This document shows, piece by piece, positions 46,608 through 56,800 of a DNA stretch of 64,000 bases; position 1 is the first letter of the stretch, and each line of letters begins with the position of its first letter. Below the pieces are notes generated by a model, which made no database searches, was not told the origin of the DNA, and worked only from the letters and a program-made list of their open reading frames with translations. A program made the position numbers and the translations under genes. Source of the stretch: a virus; IMG/VR virus record IMGVR_UViG_2756170264_000002, positions 1,506-65,505 of that record, one strand, 5' to 3'.

Positions 46608-48167
46608 TTGAGCATGGATGAGCAAAAAGAATATTCCTTTACAGGTAGAAAAAGAATTTATACAGATGAACGTGTGATTGATGAAAGCAATATTCTTCAA
46701 GTTCTTAGGGATGCGCTTATCACTCATAGTCAAAATGCGGATAGGATTCGTTTTTTATTAAATTATGAAGCAGGATATCAGCCGCTTACAAGAGAAAAGA
46801 AAGTAAGGTCTGATATTGATATAAAGGTTTGTGATAATGTTGCAAATCAAATAACAGAATTTAAATTAGGTTACAACTGGGGAAATCCCATTGAGTTTGT
46901 CCAGCGCAGTAATGACCATCCAAAAGGTTCTAATAAAGATACAGAAGATAGCGCAATTACATTGTTAAATAATATGCTCAAATGCGAATATAAAAATACA
47001 AAAGACCAGGAGTTAGCAAGATACATAGAAATTTGCGGAGTTGGCTATAGGCTAATTGATATAAAACGAGATTGCGAAGACGGGGAAGCAGTATTTGATA
47101 TTTCAATACTGAATCCTCTTTTTGCTTTTGTTGTTTACACAAATGATGCTTACAGGAAACCTGTTATGGCATGTTCGTTCCGAACTGTTGAAAACGGAAA
47201 TTCTTATTATACTTGCTATACAAAAGATACAAGATTTGAAATTATCAATGCAGTTAAAATTGTAAGTCGAGAGAAAAAAGATAATTATATGGTTGCCAAC
47301 CAATATACAGAATTAAATCCATTGGGAATGATTCCGATTATTGAATACAACCGCAGCGCTGACCGAATGGGCTGTTTTGAACGACAAATAAGTGACATGG
47401 ACAACTTAAATATTCTTATTTCTGATTTTACAAATGATGTTGACCAGGGTACACAGGCTGTTTGGCATTTAAATGACGTAGAACTTCCAACTGATGAAAA
47501 TGGAGATTCTATAACACCAAAATCTAATGAATGGTTAAACACTCAAACTACCAGAGATGGAAAACAGCCATTTGTCAAGCCTTTAGCAACTGAATATGAT
47601 TATCAAGGCATGTTAGAAAACATCAAATACAGACGTGATGTGATTATGCAGAAATGTAGCGTTCCACTTAGAAGTGAGCCGGGCGGCGGCTCAACTGGAA
47701 CAGCAATGAGCATGTCAAGCGGTTGGAGTGATGCAGAGTGTTCAGCATCAAAAGAAGCTTTGATTATTGAACAGAGTGAATTGCAGGCATTAAAAGTTAT
47801 TTTAAAAGCAATCAAAAAAAGTCCTGATGTTCCGGCAGATAGCGAATTGTTAAAGTTAACTGCAAGTGATATAGAAATAAGATTTATTCGTAACAAGACT
47901 TACGATATGGCAACTAAAGCCAATGCTTTTGCTACATATATCGGTCATGGCATTCATGGTCGTGATGCGCTGGCCATGGTTGATGCTACGTCAAATATCG
48001 AAGCTGTTTATACGAACAGCAAAGATACGATAGAAGCATATCAAAAGTCCATATTTGAAAAATTGAATAATACAAACAATGAAAATCCGCCAAATAATGA
48101 TAGGACATTGTCTGATAATTCAGATCAGACAGATAATTCACCTATTCTTGGGAGTAATGTTAAATAG
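46608..48167 (+). CDS. Portal protein (SPP1 gp6-like)
   Basis: NVANQITEFKLGYNWGNP, GMIPIIEY, size 519 aa, position after terminase. Confidence 0.92.
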   Translation: MSMDEQKEYSFTGRKRIYTDERVIDESNILQVLRDALITHSQNADRIRFLLNYEAGYQPLTREKKVRSDIDIKVCDNVANQITEFKLGYNWGNPIEFVQRSNDHPKGSNKDTEDSAITLLNNMLKCEYKNTKDQELARYIEICGVGYRLIDIKRDCEDGEAVFDISILNPLFAFVVYTNDAYRKPVMACSFRTVENGNSYYTCYTKDTRFEIINAVKIVSREKKDNYMVANQYTELNPLGMIPIIEYNRSADRMGCFERQISDMDNLNILISDFTNDVDQGTQAVWHLNDVELPTDENGDSITPKSNEWLNTQTTRDGKQPFVKPLATEYDYQGMLENIKYRRDVIMQKCSVPLRSEPGGGSTGTAMSMSSGWSDAECSASKEALIIEQSELQALKVILKAIKKSPDVPADSELLKLTASDIEIRFIRNKTYDMATKANAFATYIGHGIHGRDALAMVDATSNIEAVYTNSKDTIEAYQKSIFEKLNNTNNENPPNNDRTLSDNSDQTDNSPILGSNVK

Positions 48168-48195
48168 GACAGTCGAAAAATCGACTGTCTTTTAT
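48168..48195 (+). terminator. Intrinsic terminator
   Basis: GACAGTCGA-AAAA-TCGACTGTC then T-rich. Confidence 0.75.
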
Positions 48196-48199
48196 ATAT

Positions 48200-48290
48200 T
48201 CCGCAGAGAAGCGGATAACCAAACACATTAAAAAACGGAGAGAACCTTAAACACAAAATATTCATGTCAGAGAAGACTTAAAAACACAGA
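48200..48290 (+). repeat. Three AGAGAA-loop hairpins in scaffold leader
   Basis: TCCGC-AGAGAA-GCGGA, GG-AGAGAA-CC, GTC-AGAGAA-GAC, each followed by TAA..ACAC. Confidence 0.7.
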
Positions 48291-48305
48291 AAGAGGTAGC
48301 TAATT

Positions 48306-48893
48306 ATGAGAAAAAACGTATTAGAAACTAAAATTCCTTACAAATTGCAGTTCTTTGCAGAGGGTGGCGAACAGGATACTAGCCAGGCAGAGGGTGGAGA
48401 ACAAAATCAAGATGATGGTGCAGGTCAAGGCGAACAGGAAATTACTGTTGAATCTGTTATGGCTGATTTAAAAGCTGAAAGAGCAGCAAGAGCGAAAGAC
48501 AAAGCGGCTCTTGATAATGCACTGAAAAAGGTCGGTGACTTGACTAAAACAGTTCGTTCCATGCAGACAGCAGAAGAGCAGGAAGCAGAAGCTAAAATGG
48601 AACAGGCAGAGCAACACGCAGAATATGTAAAAGGACTTGAAAATAAACTTGCACTAATTGAAGCACGTTCGCGTTATACATCAATGGGAATGGATTCTGA
48701 AACGGCAGAGGCTACAGCTAAAGCTGAATTGGAGGGAGATAAAGATACGGTAACTTCTAACATCAAGAAAACTACCGAATTTATTGTAAAGCAAAAAGAA
48801 GCCGAATGGCTTAAAAACAGACCAGCTCCACAGGGTGGGAATGATGATGACTCAAAGAAAGACCCATTCTTAGAGGGGTTTAATAGCAAATAA
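48306..48893 (+). CDS. Head scaffolding protein
   Basis: LQFFAEGG N-terminal motif, acidic linker, coiled coil. Confidence 0.85.
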   Translation: MRKNVLETKIPYKLQFFAEGGEQDTSQAEGGEQNQDDGAGQGEQEITVESVMADLKAERAARAKDKAALDNALKKVGDLTKTVRSMQTAEEQEAEAKMEQAEQHAEYVKGLENKLALIEARSRYTSMGMDSETAEATAKAELEGDKDTVTSNIKKTTEFIVKQKEAEWLKNRPAPQGGNDDDSKKDPFLEGFNSK

Positions 48894-48964
48894 AATTATT
48901 TACCGGCTATCGAAAAGAGATAGTCGCTGACCGCAAAAAGATAGCGGTAGAAAGGATGTAAATT

Positions 48965-49789
48965 ATGCCAGTAAATTACGCTAGTAAATATTCACAGCAA
49001 GTAGATGAAAGATTCACGCTTGCATCTTTTTCCAACGGAGTTATTAATAATGCCTTTGATTGGATTGGTGTTGAAACAGTTAACGTTTATTCAATTCCAA
49101 CAGTTGAACTAAATGATTACACTCGTTCCGGTTCAAGCAGATATGGTACACCGGATGAATTAGGTAATGAAGTTCAGGAAATGAAAATTACACAAGATAA
49201 ATCATTTACATTTACCATTGATAGAGCATCTTATGATGATACTCAAATGACAATGGAAGCAGGAAAAGCATTATCTCGCCAAATTAATGAAGTCATTATT
49301 CCATCGGTTGATAAGTACAGATTTGCAGCGATTGTAGCAGGTGCTAAAACAGCAAATATCAAAACGATTGCCACCACAAAATCAAATGCGTTTGAAGAGT
49401 TTCTAGCAGTTCAAGAGTTACTTGATAATGGATTAGCTCCACAGGGAGGAAGAATTTGTATTTGTTCTCCAGCTTATCATAATAAGATTAAGCTTGATGA
49501 ATCATTTACAAAAGTAGGTGATATGGCTACAAAGATTGCTATTAATGGATTGATTGGTGAGATTGATGGTGTTCCAACTGTAAAAGTTCCAGCATCGTAT
49601 ATTCCGGCTGATGTTGATTTCTTCATCACAAATGCAATTTGTACACCTTCTCCTGTTAAATTGCAGGAATACAAAATTCATACGGATGCACCTGGCATTT
49701 CCGGTTGGTTAGTAGAAGGACGTGTTCGCTATGATGCATTTGTTTTAGATGAAAAGAAAGCGGCTATAGGTGTTCACAAATCAGCTTAG
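48965..49789 (+). CDS. Major capsid protein
   Basis: YASKYSQQVDERF, ITQDKSFTFTID, VEGRVRYDAFVL; position after scaffold. Confidence 0.9.
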   Translation: MPVNYASKYSQQVDERFTLASFSNGVINNAFDWIGVETVNVYSIPTVELNDYTRSGSSRYGTPDELGNEVQEMKITQDKSFTFTIDRASYDDTQMTMEAGKALSRQINEVIIPSVDKYRFAAIVAGAKTANIKTIATTKSNAFEEFLAVQELLDNGLAPQGGRICICSPAYHNKIKLDESFTKVGDMATKIAINGLIGEIDGVPTVKVPASYIPADVDFFITNAICTPSPVKLQEYKIHTDAPGISGWLVEGRVRYDAFVLDEKKAAIGVHKSA

Positions 49790-49807
49790 TAATGGAGGTG
49801 AATTCTA

Positions 49808-49966
49808 ATGATTGAATTAGTAAAAGATGGAATTATAATGAGAGTTCAAACAGAGGGGCAGGCATCCGCCTTTCTGAACAATGGATATAAAAAAGTAGAA
49901 AAGGCAGAGAGTGAGGAACCTGTCGCAGAACAACCGAGTAAAAGCGGCAAATCTGCAAAGCAATAG
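49808..49966 (+). CDS. Small head-associated hypothetical protein (52 aa)
   Basis: GGAGGTG RBS, read manually. Confidence 0.65.
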   Translation: MIELVKDGIIMRVQTEGQASAFLNNGYKKVEKAESEEPVAEQPSKSGKSAKQ

Positions 49967-49995
49967 ATCAGATATGTAATAAGGAGTGATGAAGC

Positions 49996-50322
49996 ATGGG
50001 GACAATGATAGATGAAATCTTAGAAGAACTTACAATTGAATTAGAAGTTACAGAAGATTCCGACATTGCTCTCCTGACTTCTAAAATCAAGGGAGCAATC
50101 AGGGAAGTAAAGCTGGCAAGGAAATATAAAGGTAAAACGGATACTTATATTGAAGAGGATATTCAGAGTTACTATTCTAATATCAAGAATCTTGCCGCTT
50201 ATGATTTTTGTCTTGTTGGCGGTGAATTTCAGACTTCACATTCTGAAAACGGTATAAGCCGTTCATTTGCAGATAGAAATGATTGCTTTGATGGTGTTCT
50301 TCCTATTGCGGAAATTAATTAG
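49996..50322 (+). CDS. Head-tail adaptor (SPP1 gp15-like)
   Basis: GGEFQTSHSENGISRSF; position. Confidence 0.8.
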   Translation: MGTMIDEILEELTIELEVTEDSDIALLTSKIKGAIREVKLARKYKGKTDTYIEEDIQSYYSNIKNLAAYDFCLVGGEFQTSHSENGISRSFADRNDCFDGVLPIAEIN

Positions 50323-50337
50323 AAAAGAGGTTAAATA

Positions 50338-50823
50338 ATGACAAAGAAAGAAGAATTGCTTAAAAATTATGAGGAATTAAAAGATAAAGGCATTGAATGT
50401 ATGTGTTTATTTATTCATATGCCGACTGGTGAAACAGAGGTAATTACCAATCCAAATGTAGCTGAAAAGATGGCATACATTGATAAAACTTACGATGATG
50501 ATTTATATCATGCTAATTGCAATGAAATATACATTGATGATTATGTTTTTTCCTTGGTGGAAGATACTTTTGATTTTGGTTCTGCTATTCAAAATTTGAA
50601 AGAGGGACACAAGGTTGCGCGTAAAGGTTGGAATGGGAAAAAACAATATGTCGAATTGGCAACCTGTATCAGTTATATTAATTCAAAACACGAATTAGTA
50701 AACGCTGAACATGATGCAATTGGAAATAAAGCACTAGCATTTGTTGGTACGTCTGGTGTTCAACTAGGTTGGTTGGCAAGTCAAGCCGATATGCTTGCAG
50801 AAGACTGGTCCATTGTTGAATAA
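50338..50823 (+). CDS. DUF2829-domain protein
   Basis: FGSAIQNLKEGHKVARKGWNGKKQY...GWLASQADMLAEDW. Confidence 0.85.
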   Translation: MTKKEELLKNYEELKDKGIECMCLFIHMPTGETEVITNPNVAEKMAYIDKTYDDDLYHANCNEIYIDDYVFSLVEDTFDFGSAIQNLKEGHKVARKGWNGKKQYVELATCISYINSKHELVNAEHDAIGNKALAFVGTSGVQLGWLASQADMLAEDWSIVE

Positions 50824-50975
50824 CAGAGCCTTAAGGGCATAAATACCTATCTGCCATGCGCAGAAAAGGAATCCGACTTTCACATGGTGATTGTTGGTTT
50901 ATAGTTGGTAACGTGGTACAAATCGTGCCGCAGGGTTAAATGCCACAAATACGCAAGGGGTTGGGTGCAGGCATT

Positions 50976-51290
50976 ATGAGAATGATATATTCGAAATTTG
51001 GATTCAATATCTATCGTTCATGTGATGGATATATAGTTCATAACACAAAGAAAGAGTTTAAGTACGGTCATACGCACTTAGACAGTTTTAATACAGCGAA
51101 GTACATAATTGATATGGTGCATTATGAGCGAATACCTGGGCATCTATCAATTTATCTTTTGATAAGTCTATCAAGAGTTTCCAATGATGAAATCTACAGA
51201 GATAAGATTTTATCTCTTGTAGAGCAGAAAAAGACTAAGAAGCAGAATTATTATAATGTCAATAAGGGGTGTGTTAGATGCGTTCATTAA
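50976..51290 (+). CDS. Hypothetical protein
   Basis: YIVHNTKKEFKYGHTHL motif; inserted among head genes. Confidence 0.6.
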   Translation: MRMIYSKFGFNIYRSCDGYIVHNTKKEFKYGHTHLDSFNTAKYIIDMVHYERIPGHLSIYLLISLSRVSNDEIYRDKILSLVEQKKTKKQNYYNVNKGCVRCVH

Positions 51291-51706
51291 AAAGAAATAA
51301 ACAAAAAATGTACTACTCGACATACTCTGAATCTGCACCAGTCTATGAACGAGACGAAAACGGAGATATTGTCTATATTAATATTGGCGGAGAACAGGTA
51401 CCAATTGAAACTGGTGAGTATGAGTCTGGCTACTCACTTCCATTAGAATTTAAAGCAAATATATCACCAGCAAAAGGAAGTGCAGATCAGGAAGTTTTTG
51501 GACTAAACCTTGATTACACGAAGTCAATTTGCGTAACAGATATGAGTTTACCTATTTCTGAAACTTCAAAGATTTGGTATGAAACGGAACCAGTTATAAA
51601 AACGGATGGAATGGTTGACATTGATAGTGCTGATTATTCAGTTGTGCAAGTGGCAAGAAGCTTGAACAGTATCATGTATGCTGTTAAAAAGCTACAGAAT
51701 GGGTGA
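51278..51706 (+). CDS. Head-closure protein (putative)
   Basis: MRSLKRNKQKMYY..., ADYSVVQV..SLN; position. Confidence 0.75.
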   Translation: MRSLKRNKQKMYYSTYSESAPVYERDENGDIVYINIGGEQVPIETGEYESGYSLPLEFKANISPAKGSADQEVFGLNLDYTKSICVTDMSLPISETSKIWYETEPVIKTDGMVDIDSADYSVVQVARSLNSIMYAVKKLQNG

Positions 51707-51711
51707 TTGAT

Positions 51712-52224
51712 ATGGCAAAAAAAATATCCTTTGGTTTAAGCGTAAGTGAAGTTAATAAGGCAATCCAAGAAGTAGAAGCTTACAAAAAAGAGTTAAACAA
51801 TAAAGTTCAAATCTTTGCAAGACGTCTTTCTGAATTTGGCTTAATTACGGCCAGAGCAATTATTCAAAGCCATACCGCTAGTGGTTCAACGATTGGAAGC
51901 CTACGAGTAGTGACCGATTCCACAGGGCAAATAACACGCATGAGAGTAGTTGTTGAAAGCGAAGCTATTCTATTTTTGGAGTTTGGTGCAGGTATCACTT
52001 ATAACCAAGGAAATGAAAATCCAAAAGCAGGAAAACTTGGTTATGGCGTTGGAACTTATCCAGACCAAACACATGCATACGACCCTAACGGTTGGTGGTA
52101 TCAGGATGAAAATGGAGAATGGAAACATAGTTATGGTACAAAAGCAGTTATGCCTATGTATACTGCAAGTCTTGTAATGGCAAGCAGTGTAGTAAAAATT
52201 GCAAGGGAAGTATTTAAGAGTTAG
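51712..52224 (+). CDS. HK97 gp10-like tail component
   Basis: ILFLEFGAG, GWWY, GTKAVMPMY. Confidence 0.75.
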   Translation: MAKKISFGLSVSEVNKAIQEVEAYKKELNNKVQIFARRLSEFGLITARAIIQSHTASGSTIGSLRVVTDSTGQITRMRVVVESEAILFLEFGAGITYNQGNENPKAGKLGYGVGTYPDQTHAYDPNGWWYQDENGEWKHSYGTKAVMPMYTASLVMASSVVKIAREVFKS

Positions 52225-52235
52225 GAGTTGATATC

Positions 52236-52619
52236 ATGGGATTTAGTTCAAATGTTGTCTACACGAAATTAAAATATGGAATACAAGATGTTTGCACTAA
52301 TACTGGTAAAAATTCAAGTGGTGATACTCCTGCAAGCTTTCCGTATTGCGATATGTCAGTGGAGGATATGCCAGGTGGACATTATGATTTGGATAATAAC
52401 GAGGGTTCTGTTACTCCTGTTATATTAATCACTGTATATGATAATACAAGTACAAAAGATACGAAATGTGAAAACATTAGTAAAAAAGCAAAAGATGCAA
52501 TGTTACAAATGGGATTCAAATGTTTATTTGGCCCGGCTAAAATTGCTAACACAGACAAATCAATCTCTCGTTGGGTGGCACGATATAGGCGTGTGGTGGC
52601 TGATGGGGATACAATATAA
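52236..52619 (+). CDS. Tail terminator/completion protein (putative)
   Basis: SFPY, position before tail tube. Confidence 0.7.
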   Translation: MGFSSNVVYTKLKYGIQDVCTNTGKNSSGDTPASFPYCDMSVEDMPGGHYDLDNNEGSVTPVILITVYDNTSTKDTKCENISKKAKDAMLQMGFKCLFGPAKIANTDKSISRWVARYRRVVADGDTI

Positions 52620-52632
52620 AACTTTTTAATTT

Positions 52633-52665
52633 TAAGTAGTCGTTTAGGTGACTGCTTATTTTTTT
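52633..52665 (+). terminator. Intrinsic terminator
   Basis: TAAGTAGTC..GACTGCTTA then T-run. Confidence 0.65.
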
Positions 52666-52690
52666 ATGTAAAAATAGGAGGAATTTAACT

Positions 52691-53095
52691 ATGTCTATCT
52701 CGAGTTATAATACAAAACTCATGCACAGTACGGACGGCACAGCATGGACACAATTGCTGCCAGTTAAAACGACACCACAAATTGGTGGAGAAAGAGAACA
52801 GCTTGAAACAACAACCCTAGATGATGATATGCAGACTTTTATCAATGGTATACAGTCATCTGAGGCAATGTCTTTTACGGCCAATTACGACAGTGATCAG
52901 TATGATGAATTAAAGGTACTTGAAAATAAAACTGAGCACTATGCAGTTTGGTTTGGAAATGATGGTCTTGGTAGCGCTGGAAAATACAAATTTGACGGTC
53001 AGTTATCTGTATTTATCAATGAAACAGAAGTAAATGGCGTTATTGAAATGACTATCAATATTACTCCAAGTACTGTAATTACAAAAATATCTTAA
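52691..53095 (+). CDS. Major tail (tube) protein
   Basis: PQIGGEREQLETTTL..QTFINGIQ, KFDGQLSV. Confidence 0.88.
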   Translation: MSISSYNTKLMHSTDGTAWTQLLPVKTTPQIGGEREQLETTTLDDDMQTFINGIQSSEAMSFTANYDSDQYDELKVLENKTEHYAVWFGNDGLGSAGKYKFDGQLSVFINETEVNGVIEMTINITPSTVITKIS

Positions 53096-53109
53096 GGGGG
53101 ACTTAGATT

Positions 53110-53454
53110 ATGCGAGTAAGAATTAATAACAAAAATTACACCGTTCCAGAGCTGGGATTTAAGCACATGACTAAATTAGAAGATATGGGATTTAGTCTTG
53201 ACGATATTATAAGAAAAAATAAATCTTTTTCTCTAATTACTGGATTTGTCGCTATTGTTGTGGGGTGCGACAGAGAGGAATCGGAGCGTATTTGTGAGCA
53301 ACATGTGCTAGGTGGAGGAACTTTTGAGGAAATCACAGAAACTTTTATGAAAGCTATGGAGGAATCAGCTTTTTTCAGAAAACTCCTCGATTTAGGGGAG
53401 AAGAAGAAAGCGAATGTGAAGAGTCTGGACAAGGAACAGGATCAGGAACAATAA
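53110..53454 (+). CDS. Tail assembly chaperone (lambda G-like)
   Basis: Position between tube and tape measure; T-TTT-TTC slippery site at 53370-53376. Confidence 0.8.
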   Translation: MRVRINNKNYTVPELGFKHMTKLEDMGFSLDDIIRKNKSFSLITGFVAIVVGCDREESERICEQHVLGGGTFEEITETFMKAMEESAFFRKLLDLGEKKKANVKSLDKEQDQEQ

Positions 53455-53825
53455 CAATTAACAGCTTTAAGGATGCCATAAATAAAATTTGGCTTCCAGC
53501 AGCAATCAAATATGGCATATCATATGAAACCTTTTGGAGTCTAAATCCTGTGAAAATGGATATTTACCAAGAGGTTTTTATTAATGAAAGAAAAGATGAT
53601 TTTAACAAGATTGATTACGCATCTTGGTTTCAAGGAAGATATTTTATGGAAGCAGTTAACTCGTGCTTTAATAAAAAAGCTAAATATCCAACGCAGCCAT
53701 ACTCCTATAAAAATCTTGAACAAGATGGAAATGTTTCAAATGAACTTAGAGCAGAAATAGCAGCTAAGAAATTTGAAGCATTTGCAGAAGTCTTTAATAA
53801 GAAATTTGAAAACAAAAATAAATGA
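53328..53825 (+). CDS. Tail chaperone frameshift extension (lambda GT-like), -1 frame
   Basis: -1 frame open from 53328 across slippery heptamer; no RBS before GTG 53550. Confidence 0.75.
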   Translation, partial: GNHRNFYESYGGISFFQKTPRFRGEEESECEESGQGTGSGTITINSFKDAINKIWLPAAIKYGISYETFWSLNPVKMDIYQEVFINERKDDFNKIDYASWFQGRYFMEAVNSCFNKKAKYPTQPYSYKNLEQDGNVSNELRAEIAAKKFEAFAEVFNKKFENKNK

Positions 53826-53868
53826 GTGCCATTGAGCGCCAGTAATTAAAGAAAGTTGGTGATACTCA

Positions 53869-56800
53869 ATGGCAGAAGTAGATAGACTTGAGGTTGCGGT
53901 CGAAGCACAAGCGACAAAGGCGAGCCAGCAATTAGATAAGCTTATTTCAAAACTTAATAGTGTATCAGGCGCATTGAGCGGAATCAACGCTTCTGGACTG
54001 ACAGGCCTTGCTAATGGAGTTCAAAGACTATCAACATCTATGCAGTCTATGAACAATGTTAAGACTTCGGATTTCACCAGACTTGCAAGCAATATAACTA
54101 AACTAGGAAACATAAACACTGCAAACTTAAACAATGCCGCGAGCGCCATGAGTCAAATAAGCAGAGCGTTTAATAATGTAGGGAATGTGTCTTCAAACGC
54201 CGTGAAGATTGGGGAATTATCCAAAAACATTTCCAAGCTTGGAAACAAGTCAGTAACTAATGCGATTGCTAATATTCCAAGGCTTTCAACAGCATTAAAT
54301 GATATGATGACGCAACTGTCTAGGACACCTAGAGTTTCCAATAACTTGATTCGATTGACAGAAGCTTTGTCTAGGTTAACAAATCAAGGTTCAAGAGTTG
54401 ATAGCGCTACAAATAGTATTAGAAGTAGCTTAAATGGATATGTTAATTATTCAAATAGGGCAACAAAAAGCACACTAAGTTTGGCGGCAGCAATTGGAAC
54501 GTTATACGCAAAGTATTGGTTACTTGTAAGAGCAGTAAGAGCGTTTATGAAAATTGTTGAAAGTTCTATGGATTATATTGAGACTCTAAATTATTTTGAT
54601 GTAACCGTAGACAAAATCGGCAATGATGCAATTTCAAGCTGGAAGCAAAGTGGATACGATTCGGCACAAGCTTATTATGATTCATTTCGGAACAGAATGA
54701 CTGATCTGACTTCCAAAATGACAGGATTTCAGGTTAATAAAGATGGAACAACGACAGAACTAGACATTAAAAACCTTAGTTTAGATGTTAATGAAATTTT
54801 AAATTACCAAGCTACATTTGCGCAAATGACTGATTCTATGGGTCTGCTGGAAGATACTACCATTAATGTATCAAATGCGTTGACAATGTTAGGTGCTGAC
54901 TGGTCATCCTTGAAAAATATTGACATGGACACAGCAATGAATAAGTTTGCATCTGCTTTGACCGGACAAATCAGACCAGTTCGTGAACTAGGTATTGACA
55001 TATCACAAACAACCTTAGAAACATATGCGTTAAAATATGGAATTTCTGATGCTGTTTCAGAGATGAGCCAAGCTGCAAAAGTTCAATTAAGATTATTGGC
55101 TATCTTAGATCAGTCTAAGGTTGCCATGGGCGATATTGCAAATACGATAAATCAACCTGCAAATCAGTTAAGAGTTTTAAAACAAAACTTTTCTAATTTA
55201 GCACGTATTATCGGAAATATGTTTCTACCTATTGTTGCAAAAATACTACCATACATAAATGGACTCGTTATTGCACTTAGAAGATTATTTACATGGATAA
55301 GCGGATTAATGGGTATTGATATTACAGGATTGTCAAGCTCTATAGGAGATTCGGCTTTAGATATTGAAGATGCAAGTGACTCTACAGATGATTTAACAGA
55401 CGGACTCACAGATGCGACAAAGCAAGCTGAGAAACTTAAAAATATTACAACAAGCATCGATGAATTGAATATAGCAACTCAAGACACAACATCTGATTCC
55501 GGTAGTAACTCGGGAACGACAGGGACAAGCAGCGGATATGGAGTACTTGATGATGCAATTACGGCCGCACTTGCTGAGTATCAAGCTATTTGGGATGAAG
55601 CATTTGCTAACATGGAAAGTAAAGCTGAAGATATAGCAGATAAGATTCAGGCAGCTTTTAAAAAAATTTACGACATTGCTGAACCTACAAGATTGGCAGT
55701 AAAAAAACTTTGGGATGAGGGGTTATCGTTACTTGCTAATTTCACATGGAAAGCTTTAGAAGATTTTTGGAATGAGTTTCTTGTACCTATCGGAAAGTGG
55801 ACGTTAGGCGTGGGATTGCCAATGTTTATTGATGCTATTAACAACTTTTTACTTAAGATAAATTGGAGTGCAATTAATTCTGCTTTAAAAAACTTTTGGC
55901 AGGCACTAGAGCCATTTGCAGAAAAAGTCGGGGAGGGGTTGATTCGATTCTTTTCGGATCTTTTATCTTTTGGCGCTGACTTCATCAATGCGGTTGTCCC
56001 TGGTGGATTAAATGGAATTGCAGGAGCATTGAAAAAAATTAGCCCTGAGCAGGCTGAGAAAATAGGATATGCGCTTGGTATAATCGCAACTGCTTTGATA
56101 GGTTTTAAAACAATTGGGACAATAGCAATTGGCATAGAGTCATTGGCTAAAGTTGTTGCAGGCTCAAAGATTGCAACTGGATTTTTAATATTTAAAGATG
56201 CTCTTTTAGCTGTTGGCGGCGCTATAGGTGGATTTTTAATTAACATTGCCAAAATGCTAGGTGTAGGAAAATTATTATCAGGATTCACACCGTTTGCTAC
56301 TCTACAAACGGATATGGCATTGAGCGGAGCGTCTTTACCTGCTTTATTTAAAACACTTATACTCACTCCAATTACTACATTTTTTACAGTTACGCTTCCC
56401 ACTGCATTTACAAGTTTGGCCGCTTCTTTGGGGAGTGCGTTTGGACTTGCTGGGTCAGCAGCAATCGTGGCTGGAGGAGCAGCAATAGTTGCAACAGTTG
56501 TAGCCGCAGTGGCGGCAATTGTTTACACGGCTACGCACTGGGATGAAATCAAGGAATTTTGGACAAAAAAAGTTCCGAACTGGTGGAAGAATAGCGTTAT
56601 TCCATTTTTTCAAAAACTTCCAGGACAGATTGCGGATTTTTTTAAGAGTCTACCTAGCAAATTGGGGTATGCCTTAGGATTTGCAACTGGAACAGTGGTC
56701 AAATGGGTAGCAGAATTAATCAAAACTGTCGCAACAAAAGTGCCGCAAGTTATAAATAATGTTGTTTCATTCTTTGCGGAAATGCCTGCACGAATTGGAA

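Noticed and set aside
14862-47497. Other CTGATGA occurrences (about 14862, 30414, 47490) as hammerheads
   Set aside because: Inside CDSs and lacking GAAA/stem partners
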